A stretch of DNA of 64,000 nucleotides from contig BFEA01000019.1 in NCBI GenBank assembly GCA_003427395.1, positions 3,340,865 to 3,404,864 on the forward strand, read 5' to 3'. The translations under genes were made by a program, and so were the position numbers. The notes beneath the pieces were generated by a model that had not been told where the DNA came from, did not search any database, and saw nothing but the letters and a program-made list of their open reading frames with translations. This stretch comes from Chara braunii (Eukaryota > Plantae > Charophyceae). This document shows, in pieces, positions 48,929 through 63,700 of this stretch; the stretch's first letter is position 1; every line of letters starts with the position of its first letter.

Positions 48929-49020
48929 GTTGGTTGGTTGGTTGATCGATTGATTGATTAATTGACTAGTTGATTGATTAAATAACTCGTTGATGGATTG
49001 AATAATTGATTGATTGCTTG
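48838..49020. repeat. (GATT)n/(GGTT)n microsatellite
   Basis: Read directly from the sequence. Confidence 0.9.
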
Positions 49021-49455
49021 ATCAATTGGCTATTTGAATGAGCAAAAAAGAAAGATGAATAAATATAAAAGAATCTTGACCTTTTGGCTAAGATCTAGTG
49101 TTCTATCTACTCCTATCAATCCACTATATGATCCTCGGTTCATTGAGGCAAAGAAAAGAGAAAAAAAAAACAAAGACCAAGCAATACTTTTGTCCCCTAA
49201 CTTCAATATTTTATTTATTTACTTTATTACGTGAATGATATTGAAATTTTGTTGTGGGTAACTTACGCATATTGGAAAATATGGGTACAAGAAACTAAAA
49301 CTATTGAGCCCTAAATTATATTATGGCGGGAGTCAAAGTTACCGGACTTCAGCCCCTTGACCAAATGTTTGGGGTCCCCGAACGTTCCGTGGGGCAACGC
49401 TGGTGCGCATGTCAAAGCGCACATGTGAATACTCTTGCACATATGTATCTGTGGG

Positions 49456-49457
<2 letters not shown>

Positions 49458-49521
<64 letters not shown>

Positions 49522-49836
49522 AAAAAGGTGAAAAAGGGGAAAAGAAAGCACGACAAATAAACATACGCACAAAAGTACAACATTCATGAACACACTCACA
49601 ATGCCATGTGATCCTCAGACATAAATGGGATAGAGAACAGGGGCGCATGATCTCTTTTGTTTTCTGAGTGTTTTTTTTTTCCTGGCCCCCCTCTTGGTTG
49701 GATTGAGACATAAGCATGCAAGATCAAAGACAAGCGGGACAGGAAATAGGGCTGGGGTGTTTCATTTTTGTTTTGGATGTTTTTTGTTTTTTCCATCTCC
49801 ACAAAGAAGTCTCTCTTCACGCTCACACTTTAATAC

Positions 49837-49876
<40 letters not shown>

Positions 49877-50411
49877 NNNNNNNNNNNNNNNNNNNNNNNN
49901 NNNNNNNNNNNNNNNNNNNNNNNNNNNNNNNNNNNNNNNNNNNNNNNNNNNNNNNNNNNNNNNNNNNNNNNNNNNNNNNNNNNNNNNNNNNNNNNNNNNN
50001 NNNNNNNNNNNNNNNNNNNNNNNNNNNNNNNNNNNNNNNNNNNNNNNNNNNNNNNNNNNNNNNNNNNNNNNNNNNNNNNNNNNNNNNNNNNNNNNNNNNN
50101 NNNNNNNNNNNNNNNNNNNNNNNNNNNNNNNNNNNNNNNNNNNNNNNNNNNNNNNNNNNNNNNNNNNNNNNNNNNNNNNNNNNNNNNNNNNNNNNNNNNN
50201 NNNNNNNNNNNNNNNNNNNNNNNNNNNNNNNNNNNNNNNNNNNNNNNNNNNNNNNNNNNNNNNNNNNNNNNNNNNNNNNNNNNNNNNNNNNNNNNNNNNN
50301 NNNNNNNNNNNNNNNNNNNNNNNNNNNNNNNNNNNNNNNNNNNNNNNNNNNNNNNNNNNNNNNNNNNNNNNNNNNNNNNNNNNNNNNNNNNNNNNNNNNN
50401 NNNNNNNNNNN

Positions 50412-50477
<66 letters not shown>
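49458..50477. repeat. (GA)n microsatellites (49458-49520; 49840-50477 across a gap)
   Basis: Read directly from the sequence. Confidence 0.95.
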
Positions 50478-50479
<2 letters not shown>

Positions 50480-50874
50480 CCCACACAAACTCAAGCATAG
50501 ACTCAAAACACTCGGAAACACATTCAGACGCAAGACTTGGGCACATGTGTTACATCACTAAACTTGGTTATAATAAGACCTCCTTACTGTAAACCACTCA
50601 AAGCTGAAAGCTGAAGGCTTTCCATAGCCGTTCGTTCCCCCACAGTCTCCTATCTGGCGTGCTGTTCTTTTCATTGTTTTTTCCCGTTTCTTTAGTTCGG
50701 TAAGTTCGGTTTTCCTTCTTTTTTCTCTCTTTTTTTTTTTTTTTTTTTGTCTCTTCCATTCATTTTCTTCCCCGGTCGTTTGGTCGCGACCGGGCAGTCT
50801 TCTCCCGTCCTCCCCGTGGTTTAGGGTGGGGACTATTTTTTCAAGCGGGGAAAGGTACTGGTGGTTTAATAAAA

Positions 50875-51745
50875 GGGAAAATTTGTCTGGCGCCCCTGTA
50901 ATTTGCGTTATTTTGCATCGCACCCCTCCAACGGCCGATTTACCCTGTCGCGCCCCTCTGAGCAGGGTTTAAATTTTCCATAAGACCCCGGTGTCGTTTG
51001 GGCCTCAAATCTTTTTGTTACGCCCCTACCGGTACCGGTCCCTAATATGCAGGATGCCCTACCGGTCCCTAATTTGCGGGATGCCCCTACCGGATGGCCG
51101 TTAAAAGCCAGCAGGAAAATTTTCGAGATGCCCCTACCGGTACCATTTGCTGCCAAGCCATTTGCTGCTATGTCATCTGCTGCCACGTCATCTTCTGCTA
51201 CGTCATCTGCTGGCAGTCCATTTGCTACCAAGCCATTTGCTACTATATTTGCTGCTACGTCATCTGCTGCCACGTCATCTTATGCCACGCCATCTGCTGC
51301 CAATCCATTTGCTACCAAGCCATTTGCTGCTATGTCATCGTCTGCTGCCTCATCAGCTGCTGTCACGGCATCTGCTGCCAAGAGGGCGTCTGCTGCCAAG
51401 AAGGCGTCTGCTGCCAAGAGGGCATCTGCTGCCAAGTCGTCCACAACTGCCACATCTTCTACTGCTTTCCCGGATGCAGGGGCGGCTCCCTCTTCCGACA
51501 AACGAAAGGATGTTAGTGGTGGACAGTCTGAGTCAACGACGAGGGCAACGGCGACCTCGATGAATGCAAAGGCGGGAAAGAAGAAGTCTGGGACGAAAAT
51601 CAGGGNGCGGGCGTTGGCTCTTGCAAGTCAGTATCTCGTCTCATCCGAAGGTTACGATCTATGGAAGAAGATGATGAAGGAGGAGAGGGTTGATGTGATG
51701 GCGGTGCGCGCCTATGGCTGGTTGGTGGACTGTACAATGTTCCAG

Positions 51746-51813
<68 letters not shown>

Positions 51814-52981
51814 NNNNNNNNNNNNNNNNNNNNNNNNNNNNNNNNNNNNNNNNNNNNNNNNNNNNNNNNNNNNNNNNNNNNNNNNNNNNNNNNNNNNNNN
51901 NNNNNNNNNNNNNNNNNNNNNNNNNNNNNNNNNNNNNNNNNNNNNNNNNNNNNNNNNNNNNNNNNNNNNNNNNNNNNNNNNNNNNNNNNNNNNNNNNNNN
52001 NNNNNNNNNNNNNNNNNNNNNNNNNNNNNNNNNNNNNNNNNNNNNNNNNNNNNNNNNNNNNNNNNNNNNNNNNNNNNNNNNNNNNNNNNNNNNNNNNNNN
52101 NNNNNNNNNNNNNNNNNNNNNNNNNNNNNNNNNNNNNNNNNNNNNNNNNNNNNNNNNNNNNNNNNNNNNNNNNNNNNNNNNNNNNNNNNNNNNNNNNNNN
52201 NNNNNNNNNNNNNNNNNNNNNNNNNNNNNNNNNNNNNNNNNNNNNNNNNNNNNNNNNNNNNNNNNNNNNNNNNNNNNNNNNNNNNNNNNNNNNNNNNNNN
52301 NNNNNNNNNNNNNNNNNNNNNNNNNNNNNNNNNNNNNNNNNNNNNNNNNNNNNNNNNNNNNNNNNNNNNNNNNNNNNNNNNNNNNNNNNNNNNNNNNNNN
52401 NNNNNNNNNNNNNNNNNNNNNNNNNNNNNNNNNNNNNNNNNNNNNNNNNNNNNNNNNNNNNNNNNNNNNNNNNNNNNNNNNNNNNNNNNNNNNNNNNNNN
52501 NNNNNNNNNNNNNNNNNNNNNNNNNNNNNNNNNNNNNNNNNNNNNNNNNNNNNNNNNNNNNNNNNNNNNNNNNNNNNNNNNNNNNNNNNNNNNNNNNNNN
52601 NNNNNNNNNNNNNNNNNNNNNNNNNNNNNNNNNNNNNNNNNNNNNNNNNNNNNNNNNNNNNNNNNNNNNNNNNNNNNNNNNNNNNNNNNNNNNNNNNNNN
52701 NNNNNNNNNNNNNNNNNNNNNNNNNNNNNNNNNNNNNNNNNNNNNNNNNNNNNNNNNNNNNNNNNNNNNNNNNNNNNNNNNNNNTGGCTGCCCGTCATGA
52801 GGGCATATGGCACAGGGCCCGACCGTCAGTCCAAGGAGGGCGTCCTGGAAAGTTGTGGTCACTACCGACAAGGGCCTGCAGAAAATATTTTTTGGCCGAG
52901 GGGCGCGACAAGGTAAATCGGCCGTCGGAGGGGCGCGACAGGAAATAATGCAAATTACAGGGGCGCCAGCCAAATTTTCCC
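50875..52981. mobile_element. Mutator-like (MULE) non-autonomous element
   Basis: ~85-bp TIRs starting GGGAAAATTTG(T/G)CTGGCGCCCCTGTAATTTGC; 9-bp TSD TTAATAAAA at 50866-50874 and 52982-52990; no transposase visible. Confidence 0.9.
51047..51747 (+). other. Ala/Ser/Lys-rich repetitive ORF inside the MULE (possible captured fragment)
   Basis: 15/18-bp repeats encode AATSS, ATKPF and AAKRAS, followed by a non-repetitive tail; the frame runs into (CT)n and a gap. Confidence 0.4.
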
Positions 52982-54663
52982 TTAATAAAATGTTAGCAAA
53001 AAAAAAAGAAAAAAAGAATCCTCTCTTTACACTTGTAATGTTCATGCAATGCTTTTCCCGCCCAAATGCTCAGCTCAGGATCCTTGTTTCTAACCTAGGA
53101 AGCAGTACGCTAGAAACGAGGACCCCATCTTTTTATTCCTTTTGTTGACAATGGACGTCGAGGCACGGCACACGAAACGAAAAACGAAACGAGTGCATCT
53201 TCCCACAGAAAATGGCCACGCTCATCCCTTTGCTAACGAGTGTATGTTGCCACCTACCGTGGGCAGATGCACTCGTTTCTTTTTCGTTTAGCTTAGGTGC
53301 AGGCCTTGGGACACTGTAGTCTAGTAGCAGAATGGCCAAAACTTGACCCCTGCCCTGACACATCCCAACCCTGGGAAAAAACAAAAAAAAAGAAATAAAA
53401 GCGCCTTCACTGCCCTTCAGGGCCTCCAAAGCCGAACACAAGCCAAATTCCTTACCTTCGCTCTATAGCAGATCTTTTTAGGCAGCCCACAAATCTAATC
53501 GCCTTTTTTGGGGGGGGGGGTGGCCTGGCTGTCGCACGAATCAAAAACTAAACTACACCCCTGCCAGTGTGGGACTTGGCCCCGGGTGTAAAAACTGAGC
53601 TAGGCTCATTGGTTCTGGGTATATTCTGGCTGGGCCAGTTTAGGCATTTCGAGACCGGAGCGGGCTATTTTTGTACTCGTACCTTTTCTAATTACAAAGA
53701 TGGGGGTTAGTCCCTTTTTCTGTTTTCCGTCTTTTTCGCTTTTGGTTAACCATCTTTTGGTGGTGAATACTAAGGATGAGCTGATTACATTGCGGACTTG
53801 GAGAGGGTGTATGAGTAGACCCGCGCACAGGGTCACGTTGAACTACCTTTTTTTTTTTTTTTTGGGACGCTGGACTTTTTCAGAATTGCCCCTTGGGCAA
53901 CTCTTGTGATGTTTGTTTGTTTGTTTGTTTGTTTGTTTGTTTGTTTGTTTTAAGAAAAAAAAAAACGCAAACCCAGTCTCACTGGTGGGCAGTGTCACTG
54001 GCTGCAGAATGGGTCCAGCGCCCCCAACCCTTTACATTCGGAAACAATAAAAGTAGGCCTGTCAGAATGCACCTGGTCATGCATAGTGCAAGTACATGAT
54101 CTGCAGCTGAAAGTCCACATGCCCCGTACGTATCCTGGCACAGCAACCAGTAGCTGTGTCTTTTCGGAACATGGCAGGCTATATATATATATATATCGTC
54201 ACAAATAGAACTGCCCGGTAAACCGTAGGCAGAGATATATATATATATATTGGGGTGATCACAACTGTCTATATTCTTCTCTCAACTTCTGTTTTTGTTT
54301 ACCTTCTACTATCTACTCCTAAGACTATCTAGAGGGGACCCCTGCAAGCATAGTTTTCCTCTCTTTGTGAAGGGGGGATTTCATGTTGCCCCTTGCCCCT
54401 GATGGTTAGGGTATAGGGTTGGGGCCGCCAGTGGGGGTCTGTCTAACACAAGGACCGAGACCTGCCAGTAGCTATGCCTCCCTTTCTCATCGTCCCCCAC
54501 CCTTCATCGAGTAGCAGCAGAGGCTATGGCCAACACTCTCCCACACACCACACACAACCCACTCGCGCTCACACTCACACCCGTGTTGGTCATAGACCCC
54601 GCTAATACCGATCAGGGGTATCCAGAGGACTATCACAGTCCGTTGGCACTAAGTGCGCCGCAG

Positions 54664-54724
54664 GCAGCCATGGGGCTTGAACCCACAACCTCCTGAATGC
54701 CACTTGCATGCCTAACCAACTGCC
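54664..54724 (-). pseudogene. tRNA-derived SINE-head-like fragment
   Basis: The minus strand reads GGGCAGTTGGTTAGGCA...GGTTGTGGGTTCAAGCCCCATGGCTGC, with A-box-like and B-box/T-arm motifs at tRNA spacing. Confidence 0.45.
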
Positions 54725-56650
54725 CTTCGCCTGTGAGCTATTTATGTCCTTTCTCTTTTTTTCATTTTTTTTTTTCAAAAGCCCAGGAGCGAGATCCCAC
54801 TACCCATGTATGTGGAGTGTATGTGAACTAGTGACTGTCAGGCATCGTGGATTTGGCAAATCAGCGGTAGCCTGTTTTTGTGAATTAAGCCTGGGAAAAG
54901 GATTTTTTTTTTCGCTCTCCCATTGGTAGGTTTTTCTTTCGTATTTGCTGTGGGGGTCCTGTGGCGGTCCCAAAAGTGCATGAAATCGAGACCAATTTTT
55001 TTGGTTCATGAAATCACGTACGTTTCATTCACGGCGAAGGCATAGACGAATGGCTTCATCGCTGGAAATTGATTGTGGTCTGGGAGGTGTTTAGGAGGGT
55101 TCTATCCCCTCACCTACAGCAACTGGTGTATGGAGATACTCTTGCCCTCCTTTGCCAAAGAGAATTTCTAACAACCGAAAAGCGTGCACTGCGGCCGATT
55201 TCATGGAAGCCTCAGACTATTGTCAATGAATCTGTTCCACGTGCCCGCTCACATGCAGTCATCTTGACTGCCACAGCCATGGTCAGTGAATCATACCCTG
55301 ACATCTGACACCCCGCCTGGAGCAGACACCATCTGTGAGAAGAGCACTTTCTTTTCTTTTTTAGCAGTTTTTTGAACTTTTTTCTTCATTTGTTTGGTCA
55401 TGAAATGTTTTTTTTTTTGCGTTTATTTTCCCTATTTCACGCTGCCACCCACCTGTCCCCCACCCGTCCCACACCCCTCACACTAATCCACATACATGGC
55501 TAGTGGGATCTCGCTCCAGGTTGTTGCAGTCTTAGAGGTTATGTCCGTTCTCATGGACAGTTTTGCCCTTTTCCTTTTTTCCTCTGAAAACGGTTTTGTC
55601 ATTTTTGGACATGGTGGCTATTTATAACCTTTGCCTGTAAACTGGGACCCAAATGGAAGTCAGGTCTTCCCAAAAAAAAGATAAGAAAGGGAAGTCAGGG
55701 GAACTTTATCCTTTCTCTCCTCTGGTTTTGCTCTCCAGGCACCTTCTTCACCCAACTAGAATGCCCGGTCATCATCCCCGTCCCTAATTGCCCTAACTAC
55801 AGCTATAATGACCATGCTTTCTATTCCAGTGAAGATGGTAGTACTTGTTGATCTATGAACACTGAACAGAAATTCAAGTCTTTGGAGGAAAAAGGGAGTC
55901 AACTAATAAAAATAAAACCCATGGGAGGGACCTCTTGAAAGGTACTCCCCCCCTACCCCCACCCCCACCCACCACCCACCCACCCACCCAAAAGAAAAAA
56001 AAGAAAAAAAAGAAAAAAAAAGGGCATTGTGATACTCCACACCTGTTCACTCACTCTTGTGGTTATTCACCGCCGCATCTGCAGGTCCATTTGGGGTCAG
56101 AGCCCATGCATGATCCATCAATCAAGAATATTTTCGTGCTTTACGACTTCCTTACCGATTTTGCAACCATTACAGACCTCCGTACCCTGTCGTTGCCAAA
56201 ATCAAGTTCAGTGCTCTGGTACTCGTTCACACGAGGTCAGTGGACTACCTCCAAATCCTCCTTTTTTTATGGTTTCGGATGAACCTAGCAAAGTCTTGAG
56301 TTCTGTTCATTGAGTCAGACACATGCCTCATTCGTAACCCTTGATTGCGTAGATGATCAAAGGCCACAGATGAGAGGAGCATTCCCCTTTTTCTTTTTTC
56401 TTTTTCTTTTTTTGGGGGGGGACAAAATGCTCCAATCTATTCGTGGGGAGCAGCACGTGCTGGGAACGGGGCCCAGCGTCCCGTAAAAAATACACAAGTA
56501 TTAAAGCACCGGGGCCATTGCCCGGCTTCGGCTGAGAAAACTCTGAGAAGAACTTGCACCAAGTACTAATGAAACAGCCTCGAAGGGGCTAATGGAAGAA
56601 AACAGACATCTATGCAATACTAAATTCAAAGGGTCTACCTGAAAGCGACT

Positions 56651-59600
56651 ATGGGGGAAGAGACCATATGTATAGCTAGCATCTATGGTCCGAATGACAC
56701 CGCTGCCAGACTTCAATTTTTGCAGAATCTGACAGAAGTCCTGCCAAAAGACTGTCCCCTGATCATAGCCGGGGACTTCAATGTCACCCTTGACCCAGCT
56801 TTGGACAAACAATCTTCCTCCCAACAGCCGAATGTAGGGGACATTCAGCCAGATGTCATCATGCTTAATCAGATTATGGCGGACTTGCAACTTGAATTGT
56901 GTGATATATACAGATTGTTCCATTCCACCAGGAGGGCCTACACCTGCTTGAGATCAAGAGGAGAAGCGGGACTGTCCAATTCTCGGATAAACCTCTTCCT
57001 CATCCCGCAAGCCATCACCGGCCTGGTGACCGTCGCAGAGATACAAATGATCAGCCCCTGTCGGTCATTTGACCACAGGGGAATAGCGATGGGATTATCG
57101 TTTCATCAACACCTAGCCCGCGGCCCCGGTTTTGACAAGTTCAACACACGTCTGCTCAAACTGCAAGCATTGCACTAGCTCGTGGACGAATTCTGGACCT
57201 ACTGGTCATCACCGAAAGACAAGCACGCATCCCTGGTTGACTGTTCAACGCAGAAGTGACCAACCTCATAGAGCGGGTTAAAAAATTCTCAATCAAACAA
57301 GCGAGGGACCGTAAAGCCACCTCGGACAATCTGCTGCACACACTCGAATAGTGGGACCAGCAGCTACTGGAACAACCGCTGGACCCACTAAATTAAATCT
57401 TCTCTCAGCTCCAAGAGGCCAGAGATCACCTTCAAGCCCATCTTGACCGCCAAACAGAAACATGGAGAATCCAGACCCGAATAAAGAAAACAGACACAGA
57501 AGGGACGATGGCCAGAGCCTTCTTCGATAAAGCCAAGACCAGAGCAAGACAAAGCATGGTACCAACGCTTCACCATCCGTTCGACCGCACCAGCCGGACG
57601 CAACGAATGCCTATGCGATAGTGGACTACGCAACGAAGTATTACCAGAAACTCTTCACCTCTGAAAAAACACAATGGGGGGACGATGCACTGACCCAAGC
57701 TAGATCTACTATGCTACATAACTCATCGGCCCAACTCTCCCAACAACAGAAAGAGGCTCTGGAAGCGCCTCTTTCACCGCAAAAGTTACGCAGCATTAAA
57801 AGCTATTGAGGACGAAAAGACCCCGGGTTTGGATAACTTCCCTAAGGAATTCTGGCTGCACTTTTGGGACCGTCTCAGCCCGGATCTCATGGCATACATA
57901 CATGCGGCCCAACAAGAAGGCCGCTTTGGGGACCTTATGGGACAAGGGGTCACCACATTGCTTTACAAGAAAGGGGACCGAGCAGAAATTAGAAATTATC
58001 GCTCGATTACTCTCTTCCCCCTCCCCTACAAAATGGTGGCAAAGGCATTATGTAATAGACTCCTTCCTCGTATGCGCCACCTCATCCACATGGACTAGAT
58101 AGGCTTCATGCCCCACCGAAACAATCAAGACAATGTCCTGCTGGTCAATGAAACGATCAAATACGCTAGACAGATAAAAGTGCAGGCGACAATCTTATTC
58201 ATTGACTTTGAAAAAACATACGACCATGTCGATTGATGATTTTTAAACCAATGCTTGGACAAGATGAACTTTGGTCTTACATTCAGGCGTTGGGTCCACA
58301 CACTCCACCACTCAGCAGCAACGAACATCATGCTAATTGGTCACCTATCTCCACCTTTCCACTGGAAAAGTGAGTGAGACAAGGGGACCTGATTGCCCCG
58401 CCCCTCTTCATCATTGTAATGGAGTCCTTGGCAGCACTCGTACGAGTCAACCCGCTATCGAAAGGATCTCCATTCCGGAGCTCCCTACACACAGAATACC
58501 GGTCACTTAATTATTTGCGGATGGCCTCACCGTTTTCGTTAAAGCCTCGATCCCCAGTATGCAAATCTTGACACACACGATACACATTTTCGCCACAGCA
58601 GCTGACATGAAGGTCAACTGGGGCGCTAAAACGGAGGGCTGGTGGCTCCACAATGCAAACCTGTCTTCACCTGAGGAACCTCCTGTCAACTGGCAGGCGA
58701 AGGAGGAGGTCATCCGCATCCTGGGAATCAGACTCATAGCCGTGGGCCCCCCCAAGGACCACGGGGACCATCTGATCCAAATAGTTGGCAGAGCCCTTGC
58801 AATCAATAATGCAATCCTGTTAACCATCTGGTACAAGATAGCATTTTGGACCTTGCTTCCGTGACAACTGACTCACCTAAAGACAACGATAGCAGCATAC
58901 CTATGGAGAAATGATTACGAGTTAACATCCTGCATCAAATGAGTGGCCTGGGCCCAAATGGCCCAACCGAGGGCTTAAAGTGGCCTGGGAATTATAGATC
59001 CAGAAGACCAGATCAAATCCTTGGTTTTCAAAGTCATAGTCAGGTTGCTGATGTCCGACGACATCCCATGGGCTCCTCTGACCTATATCCAACTGGCCTG
59101 TTTAGCACCGACATCAATGTATGATAAGCCAGTCCACCCACTGACCTGGCTCACAAACCCAGCCTGGTCAATACCTGCACCCCCGAGGGCAGAGGCAGGG
59201 GACAGCCACGACATGGCAGCCAAAGCTGATCTGGCCAACGATCCCATGTGGGCCTCCCTGGTGGCGCTATGGAGGGACATTGGACCTGCAAAGTCTCTGC
59301 CTCCACCAAGGTGGCATGAGGTCTGAGGCAACCGTGGTTCGGGAACCCCCACATTGTGGATTCCCAAGGAAGGCTTTTCTCCGTTATGCAAGGGTCGCAT
59401 TGGCTGTCCTGGGTGAAGAAAGGGATATTTTTCCTGGGTGACCTATGGGATATACCTGCAGGCAAGTGGAAGAATGCTTCCCACCTCCGGTCAACGCTGA
59501 GAAGCATTAAAAATCTGGAGGGCAAACTCAACACCCTTCAGGAAGTTGTTCCGATGGCCTGGCTCCGGGCCCTCAAACATGGCCTGCGGATCATGAAAGA

Positions 59601-60700
59601 AGACTGGGTCGTCCTTGTGACAACCCTCCCTCTCCCGATGGTCATGTATAAGGTGGACAAGTGCACAACGGATCGGGCAGAACTAGAGGCCAATGAACCA
59701 GAACTCCCGAGGGCTCGCCTAACCCTTCTAACAAGGCATGTGGACCTAGATACCCAACAACCCTAGACCGGTCTTATCAGGGTGAGGGTACTGGGAGATG
59801 ACAAAGACGGCTGGTATGGGTACGAATCATCAATTCCCCTCTCCCAACTTCCCTTTGACCCGGCGGAATGGCACTGGGAGGGTGACAAGCCACTCCCCCT
59901 ATGAAAATTTACAGTTAAGGATTGCTACAGGAAAACACATAGGATGACGCACACCACAAACATAGTAAAACAGCGATGAAAAATGGACTCTACTCTCATG
60001 GACCAGGAAATCGAACAGATCTCCTGCTCCCGATACACACGACTGATGCCCACATCCCACAGGGCGCACCATGGCAGATCTTATACAAATGCCTGCCAAC
60101 GTCGGACTGGGTGGTGTCCCGCTCACAATTAGAGCAAAAAGGTATGTTGTCACCCATTTGTACCTACTGCGCACGTAACTGTGGTAAATCAACACCGAAG
60201 CAAATCGCGGATCTGGAACACTGCCTCCTGTTCTACCCGGTGGCAAAGCGGATATGGGAGTTGTGGAGTGATGCATGGTTCTACCTTACAGGGCCGGACT
60301 TCCCATGGGAACCGACGGTTATACTACTGGGCCAGTTGCCCGAAAAGGCACGAGCAAGGAGACCATTCCAGGCGAACCTCTTCTCACTCACCAAGCTGGA
60401 AATATTGATGACAACCTGGCGAGCCAGATGTTCTCACGAACGGAAAGAGCATCTGTTTGGGTACCAGCAAGCCAGATCACACATAATTGACACTATCCGG
60501 GCTGCCATCCACAGCGCCTGGACTCAACTAAAAGACAGCCTAGCTCACACGAAGGACCAACTTCAGAAAACAGAACAAATAGCCCTCTTCGAGCAACTAT
60601 GGCTGGATCCGGAGAAGAAATTGGGGGAACTTGACACATTGCATCGCATGCTGTGGAAGCCCCGGTGGCAGGATGAACGCCAGCGGCAGTGGAAACCGCT
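56651..60700 (+). mobile_element. Decayed L1-clade LINE ORF2 (AP endonuclease, RT, zinc-binding domain)
   Basis: Endonuclease motifs SIYGPN, IAGDFNV, SRINLFL, DHRGI; RT motifs PGLDNFPKEFW, NYRSITL, IDFEKTYDHVD, RQGDLIAPPLF, LFADG; C-terminal CTYC...LEHCLL. Many stops and frameshifts. Confidence 0.92.
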
Positions 60701-63700
60701 CTCGGTCGCCCATTGCGCGGTACCGGGCCACCCACTGCAGCCCATTCTCAGCCCCACACAACAGTCCCCTCCACGCCTCCACACATATGTGTATCAACCT
60801 ATCCTGTCTCCTACAGTATCTCCAATACCTCCAGTGGGGACTACCCTTCCACAATCTCCCCCACCCCCTCCCCCNNNNNNNNNNNNNNNNNNNNNNNNNN
60901 NNNNNNNNNNNNNNNNNNNNNNNNNNNNNNNNNNNNNNNNNNNNNNNNNNNNNNNNNNNNNNNNNNNNNNNNNNNNNNNNNNNNNNNNNNNNNNNNNNNN
61001 NNNNNNNNNNNNNNNNNNNNNNNNNNNNNNNNNNNNNNNNNNNNNNNNNNNNNNNNNNNNNNNNNNNNNNNNNNNNNNNNNNNNNNNNNNNNNNNNNNNN
61101 NNNNNNNNNNNNNNNNNNNNNNNNNNNNNNNNNNNNNNNNNNNNNNNNNNNNNNNNNNNNNNNNNNNNNNNNNNNNNNNNNNNNNNNNNNNNNNNNNNNN
61201 NNNNNNNNNNNNNNNNNNNNNNNNNNNNNNNNNNNNNNNNNNNNNNNNNNNNNNNNNNNNNNNNNNNNNNNNNNNNNNNNNNNNNNNNNNNNNNNNNNNN
61301 NNNNNNCATATTTCCGCCACACACTTCTACACCTCCCCTCCACCTCCCCTCCACCTCCCCCCGCGTTCCTCCGACTTCCCTCTCCGACTGTAATAGCAAA
61401 TTCAGAAGTCCTGGGCCCCTGGCCAGGCAGTTTGCTGATGTCAGCTGGAGAGCAACTGCAACCACCAGGGGGTATTTCTGATGACAACAACCGCTGGCCC
61501 GCTGGGGATGGTCCAGGATTCAAGACTGCGCAAGACTGCTCCAGGGACAATGAGACTCTGCGCCTGAAAGGAAAGGTGACGGGGCACAACCCAAGATGGA
61601 CTTCAGAATCAACGACAGTTAAACTAAGATATAAAAGGATCCTACAGAATACTGCACACAGTGAGATAGAGTCAACCACACGCAACCCACAACAGTACTA
61701 GAATAGAAGCACAAACACATGATTGAATGGTCTCAATGTACAGTAGGATACAAGACAGGATAAAATGGCCCAATGTACACTAAACTGCAGCCGTGTATAC
61801 AGCAACACTGCATCAGACTGAGACAACATCATTGGCCCCGTCCATGACCTGCAATCATGACAGCAATAAAGAGATGGCTCGATCCAAGATAAACTGTAGG
61901 TGTAACGGCCCCCACGTAAGGACAAAGCCACACATTAAACAGCAGAATAGAGTGAGCCACAGAACAGCTAGCAAGGTTAGCATGACCGAACGCACAAAAG
62001 ACAGGATAGAATGCACAAATAACATGATGGAAGGGCACAATATGCAATAACTTGCAACACAAGACTGACGAGCACAATGCATAGTAAAACTGCAACCTTG
62101 TAAGACTATCTAAGCACACCAGATTGGGACCACGAAGGGGCCTCTGGCTGTGATCATCAACAATCGCACACTTGGCATCCAAATCGTGCACTCTTCCTGG
62201 GGCGCTGGACCCGTTTTCCAGCAGGTGATGTTCCCCACCAATAGAGGGAGCCTTCCCCACAGGCCCACTTAACGAGGATGCTCTTATCACCTCGTTATAG
62301 AGGCAACCTGTAACGAAGTTTCGAAAAAAAAAAAGAAAAAAAAAAAAAAAAAGAGAAAAGAAAAAAAAGAGCCCTTTTGTTTTTCGAACCTTGGCTCGAA
62401 GGAGAATTCAGACCGCAAGAACCACCTACCTTGGTGCCTTTCAGCGGCCCAACCCTACCTGCCTCAACCCTGTACCCTGATGCCCAATCTCTACCAAGCC
62501 TCACGCCCCCAACTGCTAGATTACAGAGTGGCATGACCCAACCCAAAACCCCCCAACCTGCTAGGCCACAGGGCAACACGACCCGTCCCGGCTCCGACCA
62601 GCGTCGACTAGGCACCAGCTCACCAAAACACACTAGAGTGCCTTCCACCCTCGACAACTCCCCAGATCTCTCTACCAGGTCTCATGCCGTCGTACAGCTT
62701 GAGTTACAGGGCAGCGCAACCAAGCCCCAGCTCCGACCAGCGTCATTCTGGCCTCGTCTATTCGCAAACCCCTAGGACTCAGGACTACGGCAGATACCAG
62801 TCAAGCCACCAATCAGCGCCATAGCTGCAGATCCGATCATCCATCCTTCAGGCACTAGTTGCAGATATCGCACAAAAAAAACTTCTCAGCTCTACTCCGG
62901 CAAGTCTTACCGCAATGGAGCCACCATCTCCACCGCTGTTATGCCCTATTTCAACCCTGCAGGCTAGCCCCTTTGCCGCAGAGTGCGTCATCTCCCACCA
63001 TCACAGCCACCACAACCCCCTGCCACCAGCTCCAGCGTCTATTGAAGTCTCAGTTACATATAGAGGGGTCACAAGAGCGAAAGGGATTATTCCTCTCCTC
63101 AAAAGGACAACCCCCTGTCTGTTTACTGCCTCCGCGGGAATGCGCCCCCTCACCTCCCCACCCCAGTTCAGAACAGCCCCCAAAATAGCACTCCTGCTCC
63201 CTCAGATGCATACAATACCCCCTAAACCCGCAGAGCAGAAGATCCCCCTTCCCTCCTTCCCCACCCCCTCCAAGCCGAACAGCCCTCTCTACTCTCACCT
63301 TGCTGACATCAGCAACCCATGTCCTCTCTCCCCAACCGCCATAGTTGATCCGACCCAATTTGAAAGATCAGCGTGGCCCAGAAAAGGACGAACCCTCAGT
63401 ACCGCCTCTACCCTCTCAAAGATCACACCACCCACCTTGTGCAACCCTCGCAGCAAGGGGCTCCAACCCTAAAGGAAATATTCCATTCGACACCTATGAC
63501 CCCAAACCCACAACAGCACGAACTGAGGCTCAATTACTAGGAACTAAAAAAAGACCAATTACTTTGGAATTCCGTCTACGGAAGAGAAAGAGCTCGGAGA
63601 AACCGCTCTACATGGAATAGAAAAGCTTGAGACTTCAAAAAACGTTGTGCCCCTTGGTACCCTCTTCCCCCCAATGCAAGGTATGGTCCTTATAGCTGCA

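Noticed and set aside
24625-61701. Long ORFs in the track spanning N gaps or microsatellites (e.g. 24625-25410, 49716-50561, 51600-53045, 60597-61685)
   Set aside because: Their length comes from X runs and simple repeats (NQSI, SL, ER, YI), not coding signal.
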